56,414 nt of DNA from a virus (lineage: Duplodnaviria; Caudoviricetes). Position 1 is the first letter of the stretch. Each line of letters opens with the position of its first letter. Where the stretch lies: IMG/VR virus record IMGVR_UViG_3300024180_000007, positions 1 through 56,414 of that record. One strand, 5' to 3'. Of the stretch, positions 46,433 through 54,729 are shown in pieces. The notes beneath the pieces are model-generated. The model had not been told where the DNA came from. It saw only the letters and a program-made list of their open reading frames with translations, and searched no databases. The translations under genes were made by a program, and so were the position numbers.

Positions 46433-46957
46433 CTAAAGCTTATAACTATAGTTCTCTGCTACCCACGTACATAAAGTCTCTCTATTGCCCTCTGACAGCT
46501 CCATGAATAGATTAAATACATTCGCAGTTCCACCATGACCATTTCTCTTGTTGAGGTTCTGCCATTTAGCCTCTATATGATTAGCCAGTGACGTACCCTC
46601 TCCAAAAGCTTTTTGTATCCAGCCTGCTGGAAAGTTATACGCAAAGTACATGAAGTTAGTTATTTGGTCAGCTGCAGCATCTTTCTTCTCTTCTGCTTCG
46701 TCATACTCGTCATACCATTCTGTCCATATGTACAGCTCCTGCTCGTGTGCATCTTCTAAGATAAATTCATCAGAATACCACACTTCTTTGTCATTTTTAA
46801 AATCATAATTAATATACTCTTCTTTGTGGTTTTCCTTTAGCCATAGTAATAGACTTGACTCTTCTTTAATGGTCTCTCCATTGTGAAGAAGGAAACCTTC
46901 ATACATTCCTGCTCCAGTAATAATACACGTTCTTGGTGCTTTGTTTAAATTGCTCAT
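46433..46957 (-). CDS. Hypothetical two-domain early protein
   Basis: RTCIITGAGMYEGF...YIWTEW, then NFMYFAYNFP. Confidence 0.65.
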   Translation of the reverse strand: MSNLNKAPRTCIITGAGMYEGFLLHNGETIKEESSLLLWLKENHKEEYINYDFKNDKEVWYSDEFILEDAHEQELYIWTEWYDEYDEAEEKKDAAADQITNFMYFAYNFPAGWIQKAFGEGTSLANHIEAKWQNLNKRNGHGGTANVFNLFMELSEGNRETLCTWVAENYSYKL

Positions 46958-46976
46958 AATTGTAGTTTTTAATTGA

Positions 46977-47216
46977 TTAATATAATTCTGATTTCTCGAT
47001 TTGTTTTACCTCTCTTGCTGGTAGTTCACTGGTATACTCTTCGTACTTGTCAAATGTCTTCTGACATCTTTTGTCCCAGTACTTGTAGTTCTTTTCGTTA
47101 CCAGCACTGTCAGCAATGTTACGCTGTCTATCTGCCTCGTTATGCTGGATTAACCAGTACACTGCTTTGTTTACTATTGCTTGGTGCTTCTTGTTTAATG
47201 CTATCATATTACTCAT
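46977..47216 (-). CDS. Hypothetical early protein
   Basis: TAATG overlap; ELPAREVKQIEK. Confidence 0.62.
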   Translation of the reverse strand: MSNMIALNKKHQAIVNKAVYWLIQHNEADRQRNIADSAGNEKNYKYWDKRCQKTFDKYEEYTSELPAREVKQIEKSELY

Positions 47217-47359
47217 TATTGAAATGGATTAGATGTTACAAAATAGCTTAGTGCTATTACATTCTTTTTTACTTGGTCTAACTCATACAGCTTTTGTGCT
47301 GTCTTGATTAATGCACAGTCGATACGTACATACTTAATTACTGTTTTTGATTCTTTCAT
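47216..47359 (-). CDS. First early gene, 47 aa
   Basis: Start reassigned to ATG 47359 (leader AAATTCAACTACAATG resembles the leaders at 46337 and 46957). Confidence 0.5.
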   Translation of the reverse strand: MKESKTVIKYVRIDCALIKTAQKLYELDQVKKNVIALSYFVTSNPFQ

Positions 47360-47448
47360 TGTAGTTGAATTTAAATGATTTGTAGGAGATAACGTGCTGA
47401 CTCTCAGCGTGTTAAGTGATTTCTCTATGATATTTAGCTCTCCCATGC

Positions 47449-47458
47449 TGTAAATATA
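47449..47458 (-). promoter_or_regulatory. Variant -7 element TATATTTACA (first early promoter)
   Basis: Upstream of the first minus-strand gene. Confidence 0.5.
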
Positions 47459-47459
47459 A

Positions 47460-48260
47460 GGAATTATACTTTAATATTACTATAACTTGTCAATAACTTG
47501 TCAGTAACTCCTGTTGTCCAGCACTCAACTCTCTTTATATACTTTATACAAACTCTCTAATACTTTTACTTGCGTATTACTAACATGTTAACTGGAAAGC
47601 TTTAACTATGTTTTGTTTGGGGTGTGTGACATCCGTACTGGGGTTAAGAGAAGGGTCTCTCCTTCTTCTTTTCTTTCCCCCTGTGGGGGGATGGTAGGCA
47701 GCACTGGAGCAGAGCAGCTAATCAAAGCTGTAATCAACAGCAGTACAGCACAGATACTGCAGCTATTACTGGAGCTGCAGCACTGGAGCTGGAGCTGGTC
47801 ATAAGGAATCCTGAAACAATCCAACAAAAAAGTTTGAAAAGTTCTGACAAGCTGAGAAAAAAACGACTTTCCTCAGGCCAACCACAACTGTATAAGCTAC
47901 TATAGCCCTAAACTTATAAGTGTCTGAACCCAAAAAAAAATTTAATAATATTTTTTATTTTGATCCCTTAATTTATGTCAGTAAAATGTAAATAACTTAT
48001 TTGTGTCAGTAAAATGTCAGTAACTAATTTTTGTATTTTAAAGCGTGTTTGTTATCGACATTCTTATGACAGTTATTGTGTCGACTTTTTTTTGCTAACT
48101 TATTAGTTCTTAGTTCTTTATTCTTTTAATGTCGATAATGTCAATAATAAATAGAATAATAATATATAAAAAAAGAAGAAGAATAGAAATATATATAAAG
48201 AGTAAGTGGGGAACTTTTGTCGACATTCGACATTGCATTTTTATTTTAGTATAAATATAT
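47460..48260. other. Non-coding divergence region; candidate genome terminus/packaging site and origin
   Basis: About 800 bp between divergent operons, with a GC-rich CTGGAGC repeat block, phased A-tracts and a TGTC array. Confidence 0.5.
47975..48234. repeat. Iteron-like TGTC array with AT-rich core (copy 2)
   Basis: TGTCAGTAAAATGT twice; ATGTCGATAATGTC at 48129; inverted GACATTCG at 48222. Confidence 0.55.
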
Positions 48261-48266
48261 TTTTAC

Positions 48267-48274
48267 TATATTTG
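48267..48274 (+). promoter_or_regulatory. -7 promoter element TATATTTG
   Basis: TAnnTTTG 20 nt upstream of groEL. Confidence 0.65.
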
Positions 48275-48294
48275 CTTAAATTAAATCTAATATA

Positions 48295-49893
48295 ATGAGC
48301 AATTACATTCCAAAGAACCTTGAGTTCGATCAACCTGGTCGAAATAAATTAATCAAAGGGATTACAAAAATTTCTAAAGCAGTTAAGAGTACGTTAGGCC
48401 CACGCGGAAAAACGGTTCTAATAGAATCACCTGAACATATCGGAGGTATGACAATTACAAAAGATGGTGTAACTGTTGCTAACTCTATTTTTTTAGATGA
48501 TCCTGTAGAAAACCTTGCGGTTCAAATGCTAAAAGATGCAGCACGTAGGACTGCTAACTCAGCTGGGGATGGAACTACTACAGCAATTGTATTAACCGAG
48601 GCTATTATAAAAGCTGGAGAAAGAAATTTATCAAAAGAGAATAATATAACTGAGGTTGTGAAATCAATAAACCAATTCAGTAAAATTATTCTTAAAGAAT
48701 TAAAAAAGAACTCACGAAAAATTACTAAAGCAAGACTACTGGATGTTGCAACAATTTCAGCAAACAACGATAAAGTTTTAGGAAAAATAATTGCTGACGC
48801 ATATAGCAAGGTTGGCAAAAATGGAATAGTTACTGTAGAGCGTTCTCAAAACCATGAGACGTATGCAACTGTTACAAACGGAATAAAAGTTGATAGAGGC
48901 TATACTTCAAACTTATTTATCACAAACCAAAAAAATGACGAGTCAGTTTTAGAAGACGTGTTGGTTTTAGTTTGTGACCAGGAGATAAGTAACATTCTAC
49001 AAATAGAAAGTATATTAAAGCCAATCATTCAGCAAAACAAAAAGCTTCTCATCATTGGTCCATGCTCAGTCAATGTTGTGAACACCCTGGCGGCAAACGT
49101 GGTGCGTAACGGACTTAAGTTATGTAATATTATACCTCCACAATTTGGATATAAACAACACGAGCTTATGCAAGACATTGCGTTGTCGGTAGGGGCGAAA
49201 TACTTTTCAGAAAAGACTGGAGATGATTTAAGTCTGTTAAGCATGAAAGATCTTGGTCATGCAGATAAAATTATTTCAGGAAAAAGTCAAACGGTTATTA
49301 TTAAAAATAATCAAATAACTGAAGAGATAGAAAAAAGAATTTCTGATCTTAAAGAACAGCAGGAGAATACAGAGTTAGTTGCAGACAAAGAATTTATAAA
49401 CGAGCGTATTGCAAGTTTGTCTGGATCTATTGGAGCTATTTATGTTGGAGGTAATTCTGATGTAGAGCAAAAAGAAAAGTATGACAGGGTTGAAGATGCC
49501 GTGTGTGCTGTCCGTAGTGCTTTAGAAGAAGGTATTGTAAAAGGTGGAGGAATGGCACTATTAAATTGTCAAAGAAAAATAGAAGAAGTATTTATGACTA
49601 AAGTAAACGATGATGAGAAAACAGCGTTTCTAATTTTGTCAGATGCTATTGAAGCTCCAGCTGTGCAAATTTTAGAGAATGCTGGAAAAAAATATGGAGA
49701 CATTTATCCTCATGAAGATATACAAAAAAATGAGGACTACAATGTAAAGACTGAAAAGTATGGAGACTTTTTTAAGATGGGTGTTATAGATCCATTGAAA
49801 GTAACTAAGACTGCTTTTGAAAATGCAGTAAGTGTAGCTACTACTATTTTAACAACTAATGCAATAATAACACACGCGCGAGCTAAAGAATAA
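48295..49893 (+). CDS. groEL: Phage chaperonin GroEL
   Basis: KSTLGPRG, ITKDGVTVA, AGDGTTTA, ATISAN, RVEDAVCA, GIVKGGG, GVIDPLKV; lacks the GGM tail. Confidence 0.96.
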   Translation: MSNYIPKNLEFDQPGRNKLIKGITKISKAVKSTLGPRGKTVLIESPEHIGGMTITKDGVTVANSIFLDDPVENLAVQMLKDAARRTANSAGDGTTTAIVLTEAIIKAGERNLSKENNITEVVKSINQFSKIILKELKKNSRKITKARLLDVATISANNDKVLGKIIADAYSKVGKNGIVTVERSQNHETYATVTNGIKVDRGYTSNLFITNQKNDESVLEDVLVLVCDQEISNILQIESILKPIIQQNKKLLIIGPCSVNVVNTLAANVVRNGLKLCNIIPPQFGYKQHELMQDIALSVGAKYFSEKTGDDLSLLSMKDLGHADKIISGKSQTVIIKNNQITEEIEKRISDLKEQQENTELVADKEFINERIASLSGSIGAIYVGGNSDVEQKEKYDRVEDAVCAVRSALEEGIVKGGGMALLNCQRKIEEVFMTKVNDDEKTAFLILSDAIEAPAVQILENAGKKYGDIYPHEDIQKNEDYNVKTEKYGDFFKMGVIDPLKVTKTAFENAVSVATTILTTNAIITHARAKE

Positions 49894-49896
49894 ATT

Positions 49897-50154
49897 ATGA
49901 AACCAGTTGGAAAGTACATTGTAATAAAAACCATAGAGGAAGAGATTAAAACCTCTTCAGGTTTATTGTTGTCTGCAACAGACGTTGATGAATTTAGGTA
50001 TAGAAAAGGATCTGTAATCAAGCCAGGGACAGATGTTTCTGTTGTTAAACCAGAAGATATTATTTATTACGATAAGAATTCTGGATTTACTATGTTGATA
50101 GATGAAGAGCCTTACACTATTATCCAGGAGCGAGATGTAGTTATTGTTCTCTAA
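49897..50154 (+). CDS. groES: Co-chaperonin GroES
   Basis: MKPVGKYIVI, KTSSGLLL mobile loop, VKPEDIIYY, IIQERDVV. Confidence 0.9.
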   Translation: MKPVGKYIVIKTIEEEIKTSSGLLLSATDVDEFRYRKGSVIKPGTDVSVVKPEDIIYYDKNSGFTMLIDEEPYTIIQERDVVIVL

Positions 50155-50605
50155 TTTCTTTATTCATTTCTTTAATCATATTTCGATAAACTTTATCCAT
50201 GTATGATGCATCGTTTCTAAACAATGGATTTACAGCAGCACTTTCAGCAATCTCTTCTCCATTAATTTTTTTATAAATAGTATTTATTATTCTTTTAGAC
50301 TTGTATGTAAGCTCATACAGTGTGGCTTCTTTTCCATTACGTTTTCTCCATACGTGAATCCACTCTTCTTTTAATAATTTACCAAAACGATTTACGTCCC
50401 AGGACATTATTTCTTCGTACTCTTTGAATTGGCTTTTATTAAATATTTGTTCGCTATATAAAAACAAAAGCATCTCTAAGTCTGGAGTACCAAGTCCGTA
50501 TTTAGCTTTTACCCAGTACCTTATAACTCTCCAGTATTTTAGAAAGTCATGGTCAGGTAATGTTCGTGTAGTATTTTTTCTTGGATAGACTCCCTTAAAC
50601 TTCAT
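50141..50605 (-). CDS. Winged-helix-like protein (putative transcription regulator)
   Basis: Fills the gap exactly; DLEMLLFLY...LLKEEWIHVWRK...LYELTYKSK resembles a MarR-type wHTH. Confidence 0.6.
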   Translation of the reverse strand: MKFKGVYPRKNTTRTLPDHDFLKYWRVIRYWVKAKYGLGTPDLEMLLFLYSEQIFNKSQFKEYEEIMSWDVNRFGKLLKEEWIHVWRKRNGKEATLYELTYKSKRIINTIYKKINGEEIAESAAVNPLFRNDASYMDKVYRNMIKEMNKEIREQ

Positions 50606-50619
50606 TAAATTAAATTTTT

Positions 50620-50635
50620 TATATTTGTAAAGATA
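50620..50635. promoter_or_regulatory. Overlapping opposed -7 elements: + TATATTTG (50620-27) and - TATCTTTACA (50635-26)
   Basis: Both lie in the 55-bp gap between divergent genes. Confidence 0.55.
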
Positions 50636-50660
50636 AAATAATTAATTAAAATTATAAGTT

Positions 50661-50759
50661 ATGCCACAAGGAATGGGAACATACGGTTCTAAGGTTGGAA
50701 GGCCAAAATCAAAAAAGAAAGTAGTTAAGAAGAAGGTTATTAAGAAAAAAAAGAAATAG
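50661..50759 (+). CDS. 32-aa Lys-rich peptide (not in ORF track)
   Basis: MPQGMGTYGSKVGRPKSKKKVVKKKVIKKKKK*. Confidence 0.72.
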   Translation: MPQGMGTYGSKVGRPKSKKKVVKKKVIKKKKK

Positions 50760-50761
50760 TT

Positions 50762-50971
50762 ATGCCAGATCCAAAAAGAAAAAGAGTAAGAACTCAAGTT
50801 TGTAAAACAAACAAAAAAGGAGAAAAAAAGTGTAAGTACAAGATGGTTAAAAGAACACCAAAGCAGTTAAAAGCTTATGACGCAATGAAATCGTCAAATA
50901 AAAAACGTAACTCAAGTTTTGGAAAACTAAGTGATCTTGATATTACAAGTCCAGGGCCTATACAAAGATAA
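50762..50971 (+). CDS. Small Lys/Arg-rich protein (MPDPK start)
   Basis: Packed ORF; same N-terminus as 53309 and 53713. Confidence 0.65.
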   Translation: MPDPKRKRVRTQVCKTNKKGEKKCKYKMVKRTPKQLKAYDAMKSSNKKRNSSFGKLSDLDITSPGPIQR

Positions 50972-50975
50972 GTTC

Positions 50976-51290
50976 ATGGGAAAATGTAGTTATAATTTTA
51001 ATGGAGAGCATGTTACTGGTAATACACCAGAACAGTGTGCTAAGTTAAAAGCGAGATTTCAGAAAGCAAAGGAAAAGATGGAGCGCCAATTTGATAGCGT
51101 TGCTGGTAGGTCACGTAATAATAAAAAAGAAACACCTAAGCCAAATAAAAAGAAAAACTCCCCATCTAAGATAAAGAAAAAAGCAACACAATTAATTACA
51201 AATTTTAAAAACCGCAGAGCGGTTGCCAAAAAAAGAAGAGCTGTACAAAGCAGCAGAAGAAGAGGATTAGATCGTAACACTAAGAACTAA
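50976..51290 (+). CDS. Lys/Arg-rich protein
   Basis: Start reassigned to ATG 50976 (MGKCSY). Confidence 0.62.
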   Translation: MGKCSYNFNGEHVTGNTPEQCAKLKARFQKAKEKMERQFDSVAGRSRNNKKETPKPNKKKNSPSKIKKKATQLITNFKNRRAVAKKRRAVQSSRRRGLDRNTKN

Positions 51291-51311
51291 AAAAGTTTTT
51301 ATAAATATTTG

Positions 51312-51319
51312 TATATTTG
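51312..51319 (+). promoter_or_regulatory. -7 promoter element TATATTTG
   Basis: Intergenic TAnnTTTG. Confidence 0.6.
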
Positions 51320-51348
51320 TAATATACCAAAATTAATAGCTGAATACA

Positions 51349-51489
51349 ATGGGAAGATTATTAGTAAAAGTAGGATTATGGATGCAGGCAGTGTGGTGTA
51401 AATTCCAATGTGCCTGGAACTATGGAGTATCTAAATTATTATTTAGCGTTAATTCATGTCCAAATAAATTATGTACTTGTAAGAAATGA
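51349..51489 (+). CDS. 46-aa Cys/Trp-rich hydrophobic peptide (not in ORF track)
   Basis: MGRLLVKVGLWMQAVWCKFQCAWNYGVSKLLFSVNSCPNKLCTCKK*; ATGA overlap. Confidence 0.62.
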   Translation: MGRLLVKVGLWMQAVWCKFQCAWNYGVSKLLFSVNSCPNKLCTCKK

Positions 51490-51662
51490 AAGATTATACT
51501 CGAATGCAAAAAAATAACAGGTCAAAAGGATTTGGAGATACAGTAGAGAAATTTACTAAAGCAACAGGAATAAAAAAAGTTGTAGACACAGTTACAAAAG
51601 GTGATTGTGGTTGCAACAAACGTAGGGATACATTAAATAGAATGTTTCCTTATAAGAAATAA
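51486..51662 (+). CDS. 58-aa phage protein with GDTV...TGIK...DCGC motif (not in ORF track)
   Basis: SKGFGDTVEKFTKATGIKKVVDTVTKGDCGCNKRRDTLNRMFPY. Confidence 0.72.
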   Translation: MKDYTRMQKNNRSKGFGDTVEKFTKATGIKKVVDTVTKGDCGCNKRRDTLNRMFPYKK

Positions 51663-51692
51663 ACGAGATTTTTAACCCTCAAAAAAAAAGAA

Positions 51693-52226
51693 ATGGCATA
51701 TCCAAAAATTACGGTAAACACTGGAGTAGCATTAGAAATAATAGCCAGTGACACATTACCAATCCCAGCACCAAGCCTTCCAGTACTATCTGGAACAGCA
51801 TCAGCAACATCAACAAATAAATTAGTATCTATTTTCGGAAACTTCAATGACGCATCTGTCGGAGACATTGTATATAATACAGCCGATAAAACATCAGCAT
51901 CAGTAGTTGCTGTAGAAAGCACAACAACATTAGAACTAAGTGCTGATATTTTTACATCTGGAAAAACATATACTATATTTTTAGGAGGACCAAATGGATC
52001 TTCAAGAATAGACTCGTCTGAAGGATGTTTGTTATATGTTGGAAGTAATGATCCTGGAATGAACTTCAATGAATCAATTCAAGATGTTAAAGTAAAAACA
52101 GTAGCTGGAAGTATTGTAACATTTACAAATTTTCCAATAGGACATTATTTACCAGTTCAAGTATTACAATTGTATTCTACTGGTACAGACACACCTGTTC
52201 AAAATAATTGTATAGCAATTTGGTAA
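51693..52226 (+). CDS. Probable virion structural/decoration protein
   Basis: Beta-rich; GCLLYVG...VTFTNFPIGHYLPVQV...TGT; shares an inserted domain with 13613..14590. Confidence 0.65.
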   Translation: MAYPKITVNTGVALEIIASDTLPIPAPSLPVLSGTASATSTNKLVSIFGNFNDASVGDIVYNTADKTSASVVAVESTTTLELSADIFTSGKTYTIFLGGPNGSSRIDSSEGCLLYVGSNDPGMNFNESIQDVKVKTVAGSIVTFTNFPIGHYLPVQVLQLYSTGTDTPVQNNCIAIW

Positions 52227-52227
52227 T

Positions 52228-52404
52228 ATGGAATTTAATATGTCAGATATAAAATTATACGCATTAAACGCAACGTCTTTGGCCCTATCTTTTTCACATC
52301 TTGATATGGTCTTGAAAATTATTTTATTACTTTTAAGTGTGGGGTATACTGCACAAAAGTGGTATTTGTTAGATAAAGATAGAAGAGATAAGAAAAAGAA
52401 ATAA
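52228..52404 (+). CDS. Putative holin, 58 aa (not in ORF track)
   Basis: Hydrophobic helices and a basic C-terminus (DRRDKKKK); directly upstream of the endolysin. Confidence 0.6.
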   Translation: MEFNMSDIKLYALNATSLALSFSHLDMVLKIILLLLSVGYTAQKWYLLDKDRRDKKKK

Positions 52405-52431
52405 AAAGTTCTAAATCTTAATTAAAAAAAT

Positions 52432-52463
52432 AAGAGACACAGAACAACTGTGTCTTTTTTTTT
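52432..52463 (+). terminator. Intrinsic terminator between putative holin and endolysin
   Basis: AGAGACACAG/CTGTGTCTTT stem plus T-tract. Confidence 0.72.
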
Positions 52464-52474
52464 ACATATACGTT

Positions 52475-52903
52475 ATGAAAAAAGTTGAAAAAATTATCAT
52501 TCATTGCTCTGCTACAAGAGAAGGTGATGACTCTATTAATGCTGAGGTTATAGATCGATGGCATAAAAAAAGAGGTTGGAAAGGTATTGGGTATCATTTT
52601 TTAGTTTTAATAGACGGATCTATTGAGACTGGAAGAATGATAAATAAATGCGGTGCGCATACAAAAGGTTTGAATTGCAGCTCTATATCGATTTGTTATG
52701 TGGGAGGAGTAGAGTCTGAAAAAGATTCAAAAGGAAAGTATCCTGCAAAAGATACAAGAACACCAGAACAAAAAGAAACATTGTTAGAATTATTGCATGT
52801 GTTACGTAAAATGTATCCAGATGCAAAAATTCATTCCCATCGAGACTTTGCTGCTAAAGCATGCCCAAGTTTTGATGCAACAACAGAATATTGTAATATT
52901 TAA
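52475..52903 (+). CDS. Endolysin, N-acetylmuramoyl-L-alanine amidase (T7 lysozyme/Amidase_2 type)
   Basis: IIIHCSAT, IGYHF, GAHTKG, ICYVGG, HRDF..KACPSFD. Confidence 0.93.
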   Translation: MKKVEKIIIHCSATREGDDSINAEVIDRWHKKRGWKGIGYHFLVLIDGSIETGRMINKCGAHTKGLNCSSISICYVGGVESEKDSKGKYPAKDTRTPEQKETLLELLHVLRKMYPDAKIHSHRDFAAKACPSFDATTEYCNI

Positions 52904-52914
52904 AATTTATAATT

Positions 52915-53025
52915 ATGGCTAAAAAGAAAATGAAAAACCCATGCTGGAAAGGATTTATAGCATACGGTACTAAAACTAAAAACGGAAAGAAAGTTCCAAA
53001 TTGTGTTCCTAAAAAGAAGAAATAA
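52915..53025 (+). CDS. 36-aa basic peptide with CWKG...VPNCVP motif (not in ORF track)
   Basis: MAKKKMKNPCWKGFIAYGTKTKNGKKVPNCVPKKKK*. Confidence 0.72.
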   Translation: MAKKKMKNPCWKGFIAYGTKTKNGKKVPNCVPKKKK

Positions 53026-53027
53026 TT

Positions 53028-53309
53028 ATGAGTTGTAAAGGATTAAAAGGTAGAAAATATAGAAAGTGTATGAAGGCTTATGTTAAACAGTCTAAAAGAA
53101 CTTTTCCTTCATTTAATAAGGATTTAGATACAGTATCAACTGCAATACAAACCAACAATCGAGGTATGGTAGAAAGAATGCGTAATAATAAAAGAAATTT
53201 TGTAGTTCAAAGGAATTTAAAAGGAGCAGTTAAAGAGCAACTTGTTAAGAGCAATGACCCGAAAGATAAATACCCATTTAAACTTAAAGTTTTAAAAAAG
53301 AAGAAATAA
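53028..53309 (+). CDS. Lys/Arg-rich protein
   Basis: Packed ORF with TAATG overlap. Confidence 0.65.
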   Translation: MSCKGLKGRKYRKCMKAYVKQSKRTFPSFNKDLDTVSTAIQTNNRGMVERMRNNKRNFVVQRNLKGAVKEQLVKSNDPKDKYPFKLKVLKKKK

Positions 53310-53713
53310 TGCCAGATCCAAAAAAGAAAAAAACTATAGTCTATGCTAAGGGAGCAAAAAAAACTAAAGGTGAAAGCAATGTAAAAGTGCCTGGCTCTTT
53401 TAAGGTAACTAAAAGAAGTGAGGTAAAAATGAAGGGTAGAAAGGGAGGTAAAAATACTGAAACTTTTAAAAGCAAATCTTATGTTTCAAACATGGATGAT
53501 ACTAAAATTAGTCGTGTAAAAATGAAGACTAATAAAAAAGGTAAAGGAACTGAATCTTTTAAACAAATTAAAAAAAACAAAGACGGAACTTATGCGTTGT
53601 CTAAGTGTAATAAAAAAGGTAAATGTACAAACAGAAAAGTTTCTAAATTAAGGGGTAAATTTATTACAAGTAGAATGAAAAAAAATAGAGATAAAATGAA
53701 AAAGAAGAAATAA
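53309..53713 (+). CDS. Lys-rich protein, paralog A
   Basis: Shares its C-terminal part with the next gene. Confidence 0.7.
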   Translation: MPDPKKKKTIVYAKGAKKTKGESNVKVPGSFKVTKRSEVKMKGRKGGKNTETFKSKSYVSNMDDTKISRVKMKTNKKGKGTESFKQIKKNKDGTYALSKCNKKGKCTNRKVSKLRGKFITSRMKKNRDKMKKKK

Positions 53714-54033
53714 TGCCAGATCCAAAAAAAATACCAGCATCAAGAATTAAGTCAAAAATTGAGCTTAAAGAAAAAATTAAAAAAAACAGGGCAACTGAAA
53801 GTGCGAAAGAGACTATTTATGATACAAGCATGGATGGTAACCGTATTAGTCGTGTAAAATCAAAGCTTAAAAATAGAAAATCAACTGAAACTTTTAAAGA
53901 AATTAAAAAAAACAAAGATGGTACTTACACATTGTCTAAGTGTAAAAGAGGTAAATGTAAAACCAGCAAAGTTTCTAAATTAAGAGGCAAGTTCATTCAA
54001 AGTAGAATGAAAAAAAAGAGAGATAAGTTATAA
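53713..54033 (+). CDS. Lys-rich protein, paralog B
   Basis: ISRVK...FK.IKKNKDGTY.LSKC...KVSKLRGKFI.SRMKK.RDK shared with the previous gene. Confidence 0.7.
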   Translation: MPDPKKIPASRIKSKIELKEKIKKNRATESAKETIYDTSMDGNRISRVKSKLKNRKSTETFKEIKKNKDGTYTLSKCKRGKCKTSKVSKLRGKFIQSRMKKKRDKL

Positions 54034-54287
54034 TGGCAAAACCAAGAAAAGGAAAAGCAAAAGTAAAAATAACATCTTCTGGAAAGAAAGTTAGTTATGG
54101 ACAAGCAGGTAGAGCAAGAGGCGGCGGTCCAAGAGTAAAGCCTGGAACGTCTAAAGGTGATTCTTATTGCGCACGTAGTTTTGGAATTAAGAAAAGATTA
54201 TCTAAGAAAAAACAAAGTGATCCTAATACTCCAAACAATTTGTCTCGTAAAAGATGGAAGTGTTCTGGTAAAAAATCAAGAAAATGA
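54033..54287 (+). CDS. Basic phage protein (KVSYG...YCARS...RWKC type)
   Basis: KKVSYGQAG, KGDSYCARS, PNNLSRKRWKC. Confidence 0.72.
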   Translation: MAKPRKGKAKVKITSSGKKVSYGQAGRARGGGPRVKPGTSKGDSYCARSFGIKKRLSKKKQSDPNTPNNLSRKRWKCSGKKSRK

Positions 54288-54679
54288 AAAAAATAATAGA
54301 TTGGTTCGGTGGAACTGTTGTTAAGGATTTGTTAGGTGGATTAGATAAATTATTTACTTCTAAAGAAGAAAAAATAAAAGCTGAAAATGTTATAAAGCAA
54401 ATTCTAATACAAAAAGAATTAGAGTTACAAAAAATGCAAACTGAAATTATTTTAGCTGAAGCAAAAGGTAATTGGTTGCAAAGATCATGGAGGCCTATAT
54501 TAATGTTAGCTTTTGGATTTATTGTTATATATGTAAAATTTTTAGCTCCTTTATTTGATTTAAAAATTCCAGAATTAGAAAATGAATTTTGGAACTTATT
54601 ACAATTAGGTATAGGCGGTTATGTTATTGGGCGTAGTGCAGAGAAGATATCTCAAAATATACATATTTCTAAAAAATAA
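54284..54679 (+). CDS. 3TM holin-family membrane protein
   Basis: LDKLFTSKEEK, WLQRSWRPILML, LGIGGYVIGRSAEK. Confidence 0.78.
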   Translation: MKKIIDWFGGTVVKDLLGGLDKLFTSKEEKIKAENVIKQILIQKELELQKMQTEIILAEAKGNWLQRSWRPILMLAFGFIVIYVKFLAPLFDLKIPELENEFWNLLQLGIGGYVIGRSAEKISQNIHISKK

Positions 54680-54696
54680 ACTACAAAAAAAAAGAT

Positions 54697-54704
54697 TAAC
54701 TTTG
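54697..54704 (+). promoter_or_regulatory. -7 promoter element TAACTTTG
   Basis: Upstream of the fibre operon. Confidence 0.62.
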
Positions 54705-54729
54705 TGTTTGTAAAAAATAACTTATATAG

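Noticed and set aside
47606-47827. ORFs 47606..47827 (-) and 47613..47804 (+)
   Set aside because: Non-ATG starts, atypical composition, and explained by the CAG/CTG repeat block.
48295-50154. Host chromosomal DNA or prophage boundary at groEL
   Set aside because: Divergent sequence, reversed gene order, phage genes on both sides and no integrase.
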